A stretch of DNA of 64,000 bases, taken from the NCBI GenBank assembly GCA_963827235.1, contig CAWHAE010000012.1, forward strand, positions 224,001-288,000. Direction: 5' to 3'. The translations under genes and the position numbers were made by a program. Below the pieces are notes generated by a model, which saw nothing but the letters and a program-made list of their open reading frames with translations, was not told the DNA's origin and did not search any database. This document shows positions 58,623-64,000 of this stretch, piece after piece. How positions within the stretch are numbered: position 1 is the stretch's first letter; every line of letters begins with the position of its first letter. This DNA is from an uncultured bacterium (GTDB lineage: Bacteria > Chloroflexota > UBA5177 > JANWHV01).

Positions 58623-60350
58623 TCAGACGGTCACAATTGTGCCGTCGAACCTGGTCAGAGAGAATCCTCTGAACAGCTCGGGATAGGTCCGGGCCTCGTC
58701 GGCCAGCACGCCCATGGCCACCGCCTCGCCGAGCTGCAGCCCGGCGACAAGGTCCGAACGCCAGTGCACGCCGCCAAAGGCTCGCCCCATGGCCACGTTG
58801 CCGGCGAGCTTGTTCAGCTCGCCACCTACCGTCAGAGCTGCTCCCGTGTAGGGGTCCAGCCTGCTGCCGTCGGTGCTCGCCACTACCGAGTTGGGCAGCA
58901 ATGCCGTCTGGTCAAAGAACGCTTTCAGCACGGTCACACAGGCCCCGGCGACCGCCGCGTGACCAGCGGGGTAGGACGGGTGCAGGGGACAGCCCTCCGG
59001 ATAGGCCATGGGCATGAGACAGCTGCCGGTCCTCTGCATCACGGCCCCCAGCACGGTAGATGTCGACAGCAGGTCGGGGTGGATCGGGGCCTGGGCCAGA
59101 CCCAGCTTCTGCCTGTGCACGCGATTGCCGAACTCCTCGGGGCGTACGCGGCGGTGCACCAGCCACTTCTGGTACCAGCAGGCCTTGAGTGCGGCGTTGG
59201 CGGCCTTGGCTATCAGGTCGTAGAGATGCGGCGGACCAAAGGTGGCGAACCCTGCCTGGCACTTGGCCTGCAGATAGGGGTTGCCGGCATTGAGCGGCGC
59301 GGCCAGCTGGTAGAGGGTCAACCCGGCATTCAGGTAGGCCTGGTAGCTGAAGTCCGTGTGAAGGAAAGTGGTGAGGTCACGGCCGGTACTCAGGTAGCGG
59401 GTCGGCGGTGAGGCCGCCGGCGTGCCGCCGGGGGCGGGTGGGCGGTACTGCCCATTCTGTACTGTGAGCCAGTCTGCGAAGGTGGTGAGGTACTCGTGAG
59501 CAGGCGCGACCGAATAGCGCTGCGGCACGGTCATCGCACCGTAGGGGATAGGCAGCCAGAAGAACTGGGAGATGCAGGGTCCGGCCAGTTCACCGGGCAG
59601 ACCCACCCGGAAGATCGTGGCCGCGGTGACCGCCCCGTTGGCCGTGGGACCGCTGAAGCCGGAGAGACGACTCAGGTCTGCGCTCGCCTGGCCGATCAGC
59701 GGGTCACCGGTGTAGGAGGCGAAGGGGACATCACGGGCCAGGGCTTGCCAGTACAGTTCGGCCATCTCGGCGGCCGTCTCGGCGCTGTTGAAGGCAGGCG
59801 GGGGCGTCGCGGCCAGGCAGCAGGAGTCGGGACCTTCGAGCCCGAAGGCGAAGCCTGCCATCGGATTGGATAACTTGTTCTTGCCGCCCAGGGGAATAGC
59901 CTCGAAGCCGGCCAGGTTGCCGCTGGCGAGGGCAGCCAGGAGGGCGCTGTATGCCGCGGGGTCGACATCGCCCGGCGCATTGTGGGGCAAGCCCTTGGTG
60001 TAGTTGCCGATGCGGCTGGAGGGATACAGCGCTTCGTCCCCATTCGTGGGATGTGCCGGCAGGGTGTGGGCGCGCTGGGTGCGGGCCGCGCTGATGCGAA
60101 TGGCCTGGGCCTGATCGGCGCGTGCCACGCCCGCTAGTTGGTTCCTGGCTTGCGCGTGCTTTCGGCTAGCTTCCGCGGCAGGAGGTACCGGCATGCTTCC
60201 CAGGGCTCCGGCCGCAATCGCTATTGCAGCCATACCGCCGGTGCGACCAAGGAAGCGGCGGCGGCTTAGGCGGTCAGACGGCGCATCCCCCGTGGTAGCC
60301 GCGGTTGCGACCGCCGCGACGATCGGCGAGGCGGTAGTCGGCGTGATCAT
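58623..60350 (-). CDS. Tat-exported vanadium-dependent haloperoxidase (PAP2 superfamily)
   Basis: SRRRFLG twin-arginine signal; WYQKW.VHRR.RPE, HPSYPAGHA, ELNKLA.N..GR..GGVHWRSD. Confidence 0.92.
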   Translation of the reverse strand: MITPTTASPIVAAVATAATTGDAPSDRLSRRRFLGRTGGMAAIAIAAGALGSMPVPPAAEASRKHAQARNQLAGVARADQAQAIRISAARTQRAHTLPAHPTNGDEALYPSSRIGNYTKGLPHNAPGDVDPAAYSALLAALASGNLAGFEAIPLGGKNKLSNPMAGFAFGLEGPDSCCLAATPPPAFNSAETAAEMAELYWQALARDVPFASYTGDPLIGQASADLSRLSGFSGPTANGAVTAATIFRVGLPGELAGPCISQFFWLPIPYGAMTVPQRYSVAPAHEYLTTFADWLTVQNGQYRPPAPGGTPAASPPTRYLSTGRDLTTFLHTDFSYQAYLNAGLTLYQLAAPLNAGNPYLQAKCQAGFATFGPPHLYDLIAKAANAALKACWYQKWLVHRRVRPEEFGNRVHRQKLGLAQAPIHPDLLSTSTVLGAVMQRTGSCLMPMAYPEGCPLHPSYPAGHAAVAGACVTVLKAFFDQTALLPNSVVASTDGSRLDPYTGAALTVGGELNKLAGNVAMGRAFGGVHWRSDLVAGLQLGEAVAMGVLADEARTYPELFRGFSLTRFDGTIVTV

Positions 60351-60397
60351 CGTGCGCTCCTGTTTGGGATAACTGGTGGCATCCAAGACCGGAGTGG

Positions 60398-60436
60398 GCA
60401 GACGGGATTCACGCCGATGGTGCGAATCCCGTCTGC
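60398..60436. other. 13-bp perfect stem-loop in the haloperoxidase leader
   Basis: GCAGACGGGATTC / GAATCCCGTCTGC. Confidence 0.55.
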
Positions 60437-60506
60437 AGCGTCAGTGCCGAGAGGGTCAGCCTCCCAGGCAGTGGACAGCGGGCATGCCCGTTCGGAGCGA
60501 TGTGCG

Positions 60507-60968
60507 CTAGCTGCCGGCGAAGACGATGAAGTCGTCGCTGACAATCATGCCGTTGACCACGGCAAAGATGTGGGCGCAGCGGCCCTTGATGACATTCGCG
60601 GGATTCAGGGCGATCTCATAGTGGACCACCATCCCGGGCAGCGGGCTGCGCTCACTGACAAACTTGAGCGTGAACCCGACATGGCTAGCCGCGAAGGCTT
60701 TGTACCAGCCTTCAATCGCTGGCAGTTTGTGAAAGACACTGGTCTGGCCTGCGGGCGTGGAGACAGTCAGCGTCGCATCGGGGGTATAGACCTGAGCGAG
60801 CTGGCTGACGCTCCCTCCCCGCAAGGTGCTGTTGTACAGAGAGAAATAGGTGGCCACCACGGCTGCTGGGCTGGGAGCAGGTGCGGCGATCGTCAGGCTG
60901 GCAGTACTGCCGGTTGTGAGTGCAAGCACCAGGACGCCGCACAGCAAAGAGATGAGTCGGACGCGCAT
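60507..60968 (-). CDS. Secreted SnoaL/NTF2-like protein
   Basis: Signal peptide, VVATYFSLYN, LAQVYTPDATL, HIFAVVNGMIV; AAGGAG RBS. Confidence 0.8.
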   Translation of the reverse strand: MRVRLISLLCGVLVLALTTGSTASLTIAAPAPSPAAVVATYFSLYNSTLRGGSVSQLAQVYTPDATLTVSTPAGQTSVFHKLPAIEGWYKAFAASHVGFTLKFVSERSPLPGMVVHYEIALNPANVIKGRCAHIFAVVNGMIVSDDFIVFAGS

Positions 60969-61058
60969 AGGAGAGTCTCCTTTTCACACGGGTACGCGTG
61001 TGCCTTCATCATCACAAGTGGACTGGGGTGCTGCTGGGATGTGTCTAGCGTGGGCCAC

Positions 61059-61886
61059 CTAGCTCATGGCGCTCTCCTTCCTCACTGTTCTTTTCTCGTG
61101 CTCGTGCTCACGCGGCGTCGCCAGAATGTAGCGGAAGCGCTTGACTAGGCGCACCGTGCCTGCCGCCGTGGTGTGGTGCGCCAACGCCCGCAGTGTCGCC
61201 GTACGCACAGGCAGCGGCCCGAGCAGTTGCATTGCCGCCTGAAGCGGGCCCGTCGACGCATGGGCCTCCCATGCGGTCTCGGGATCGACGTACTCCCACG
61301 GGCACATGACCTCCTCCTCAGTCAGAGCCTGCAGCCCTGCCCTGGCAATCAACGTGTCGAGCACCCCTGGCGCCGAGAGTGCGAATGGCTCTTCTCCGAC
61401 GGCAGTGGGCAGCAGCTCGCCCAAGGCGCGAGCGATGGCCTGCCAGACCGGGTCCGGGGGCATAGCCTCGACTGCAGTTACCACTGTTGCCCCGTCACGG
61501 CTGACGCGCGTCAGCTCACGCAGGGCCACGGCGGGTTGTGCCACGTAGGGCAGGACATCGGCGGCGATCACCGCATCGAAGGAGTGCCCGGCGTAGGGCA
61601 AGAGCTCCAGGTCGCCCATTCGGAAGTCGCCGTCCGGCACGCGGCGTCGGGCGATGGTCAGCAGGGCATCGGACGCGTCCAGCCCGTTCACGAGTGCTCC
61701 CCGCTGGCCGGCGAGCACGCTGGCGCCTCCGGCTCCGCAGCCGGCGTCCAGCAGATGAGTGCCCCGATCCACGCCTGCGGCATCGAGCATGGCCAGCCAT
61801 AGCGGCCTGGATAGTGGCTCCTGCAGCTCTGCCCAGGCATACGCTGCCCCGCCCCACAGATGCCCCTGCAAGATCGCCGATCCCAT
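61059..61886 (-). CDS. Class I SAM-dependent methyltransferase
   Basis: LLDAGCGAG, GLDAS, GDLE.LPY...SFDAV. Confidence 0.9.
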   Translation of the reverse strand: MGSAILQGHLWGGAAYAWAELQEPLSRPLWLAMLDAAGVDRGTHLLDAGCGAGGASVLAGQRGALVNGLDASDALLTIARRRVPDGDFRMGDLELLPYAGHSFDAVIAADVLPYVAQPAVALRELTRVSRDGATVVTAVEAMPPDPVWQAIARALGELLPTAVGEEPFALSAPGVLDTLIARAGLQALTEEEVMCPWEYVDPETAWEAHASTGPLQAAMQLLGPLPVRTATLRALAHHTTAAGTVRLVKRFRYILATPREHEHEKRTVRKESAMS

Positions 61887-62133
61887 CCGCTTGAGTTCCT
61901 TCGCTGTGTGCTTCGTCCGGCGAGTGCCCGTACCAGCCACTCTAGGCCAGGCAGCGGCAGTCGCCCAGGCAGAATGCGCAACGTCCGGTGCATTTTCGTG
62001 CGCAATATGGTTGCAGGCCACCAGGGAATCCGGCCGCCGCCGCATATGCAGGCCGCTGGTACGATCTCAGCAAGGAGCAGGTAGCACGGCTGCTCCGCGG
62101 CGAAGCACCGGGACGAAGGGACGAACCAGCGGC

Positions 62134-64000
62134 ATGGACAGCGGGGCCGAGGACGTGGCCCGGCGTGGGTTCGCGACCCTGCTGCGCCGTTACCGCCTGG
62201 CGGCTGGGCTCACGCAGGAGGAGCTGGCAGAACGCGCGCGCCTGAGCCGACGCAGCATCACGGCCATGGAACAGGGAGCGGCCCACACGCCACGCCGGGA
62301 CAGCCTGGAGCTGCTCGCCGTGGCGCTTGCCCTGGCGGGCGATGAGCGAGTCGCCTTCCTCACGGCAGGGCGCCGCCAATTCCTGGGCAGCTACGGCACG
62401 CACGGTGCGCCGTCGGCCGTGTGGGATGGGGTGCCGTTCGTCGGGCGGGTGGGCGAGTTAGCGTTGCTGGAACGTCACCTAGGGGGTGAGGGCTCCCCCT
62501 TGCTGTTGCTCGCCGGCGAGCCAGGCATCGGCAAGTCCCGCCTCTTGCACGCGGCCGTGCCCCGCGCCGCCGGTGCCGGCCTGCGCGTGCTCGAAGGTGG
62601 CTGCCAGCAGCGGGGAGGCCAGGAGCCATACGCTCCCTTCCTGGCTGCCTTCCAACGCCACCTGCTGAATCAGCGGCCGGGACAGCTCCGCGCAGATCTG
62701 CGCGGCTGCGCGTGGCTAGTTCGCCTGTTGCCGGAGCTTGCGGGTGGAGTCATCGAGCCGCTGCCAGCAGCTACCATCCCGCCCGAGCATGAGCGACGTC
62801 TGGTGTTCGCCGCGGTAGCACGTTTCCTGACCAACGTGGCCGGGCCGGCGGGCATGCTGCTGGTGCTCGACGACCTGCAGTGGGCGGGCGCCGATGCCCT
62901 TGACTTACTGGTCGCGCTGACGCGCATCGCTTCCGCGATCCGGTTGCGCATCCTGGGCGCATACCGCGACACTGAAGTGCCACCCGAGGCGCCACTCGCC
63001 GCCACGCTGGCCGACGTGATCAACGCGCGGCTGGCCACCCGGCGACGGATCAACCCGCTGTCAACGTCGGAAGCGGCGCAGCTACTCGACGATCTGCTCA
63101 CCGGCGAAGCAGCAGATCCGGATCTGCGCGAACAGGTGCTCCGGCGGGCGGGCGGGGTTCCATTCTTCCTGGTGAGCTGTGCCGAGGGCTTGCGCCAGGA
63201 TACAGAGGGCGGCGCGCGCGAAGCCGTGCCTTGGGACGTGCTGCAGAGCGTCCGCCAGCGGGTCACTACCTTGCCCGAGCCGGCGCGGCGGGTGCTCGGC
63301 ATCGCCGCGGTGATCGGCCGCACGGCACCGTATGCACTGCTGCAGGGGGTGGCAGCCCGGCCCGAGCAGGAGGTGCTCGACGCCCTAGATGCCGCTTGCC
63401 GCGCCCATTTGCTTGAGGAAGCAGGCGACGCCGCGTATCGCTTCAGCCACGATGTCATCCGCGAGGTGGTTGAGACAGACCTCGGTGCGGCACGGCGCAT
63501 GCTGTTGCATCGGGATGTCGCCCGCCAGTTGGAACGGCGCACAGGACCGCCGCCCATCGAGGAGTTGGCCTACCACTATGCGCGCAGTGATCAGCACGAG
63601 CAGGCGCTGCCCTACCTGGCACGCGCGGCGGATCGGGCGAGCAATGCCGCGGCCCACCAGGATGCGGCGGCGTTGCTTGCCCAGGCCATCGAGCTGGCCG
63701 AACGGTCTGGCCGAGTTGACCTCTTGGGCGACCTCCACACTCGTCGTGGCGCAGCGCTCTATCACATGACGCGTTGGTCGGAGGCACGTGAGGCGATGCA
63801 GGCTGCCCTCGCGCGCGTGCCGCCGGAGCGCGGCGAGCTGCGCGCGGAGATCCTGATCACCATGGCGAAAGCCGCCAACTGGGATTTCGCCGACGCTGCC
63901 GTCATCCGGCACTGCGCCGAGGAAGCCCTCTCCCTCGCTGAGCACGCCGAGCGCGAGGATCTGGCGGTCGGCGCGCTGAGCTGCTTCGTCATTGCCGAGA
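62134..64000 (+). CDS. XRE-HTH + STAND (AAA_16) ATPase + TPR regulator, 3'-truncated by window edge
   Basis: Manual translation: FATLLRRYRLAAGLTQEELAERA, FVGR, GEPGIGKS, LLVLDDLQWA, GVPFF, YRFSHDVIRE; frame consistent to the end. Confidence 0.92.
   Translation, partial: MDSGAEDVARRGFATLLRRYRLAAGLTQEELAERARLSRRSITAMEQGAAHTPRRDSLELLAVALALAGDERVAFLTAGRRQFLGSYGTHGAPSAVWDGVPFVGRVGELALLERHLGGEGSPLLLLAGEPGIGKSRLLHAAVPRAAGAGLRVLEGGCQQRGGQEPYAPFLAAFQRHLLNQRPGQLRADLRGCAWLVRLLPELAGGVIEPLPAATIPPEHERRLVFAAVARFLTNVAGPAGMLLVLDDLQWAGADALDLLVALTRIASAIRLRILGAYRDTEVPPEAPLAATLADVINARLATRRRINPLSTSEAAQLLDDLLTGEAADPDLREQVLRRAGGVPFFLVSCAEGLRQDTEGGAREAVPWDVLQSVRQRVTTLPEPARRVLGIAAVIGRTAPYALLQGVAARPEQEVLDALDAACRAHLLEEAGDAAYRFSHDVIREVVETDLGAARRMLLHRDVARQLERRTGPPPIEELAYHYARSDQHEQALPYLARAADRASNAAAHQDAAALLAQAIELAERSGRVDLLGDLHTRRGAALYHMTRWSEAREAMQAALARVPPERGELRAEILITMAKAANWDFADAAVIRHCAEEALSLAEHAEREDLAVGALSCFVIAE

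Overview
GC-rich bacterial DNA; the gene content is most consistent with a soil Chloroflexota-like organism (inference only). From left to right: the 3' part of an IS4-family element; a porG-porA-porB 2-oxoacid:ferredoxin oxidoreductase operon ending in a GltD-like flavoprotein with a fused ferredoxin; an LLM oxidoreductase; a CASTOR/POLLUX-like channel; a 9-gene organosulfur-scavenging operon (flavin reductase, two OsmC paralogues, ABC transporter, LLM monooxygenase, acyl-CoA-dehydrogenase-like protein) with a clear promoter and tandem Rrf2/CymR-like boxes, divergent from mtnA; a toxin island at 24.8-29.4 kb (orphan Rhs core with a PIN-like C-terminal toxin plus a double-CxxC candidate immunity gene, a second decayed Rhs module, a leaderless vapBC-like pair, and a HicA-like TA pair); a 5-gene rare-sugar catabolic operon; a PAS histidine kinase with an unusual N-terminal excisionase-type HTH; a TetR/serine-hydrolase pair with visible operators; secreted repeat proteins; a stretch rich in gene remnants (46-57 kb); a Tat-exported vanadium haloperoxidase; and an XRE-STAND regulator running off the right edge (missing from the ORF track). 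No rRNA, tRNA or CRISPR array was seen. Several single-base frameshifts may be sequencing errors. All family calls come from motif recognition by eye, not from database searches.
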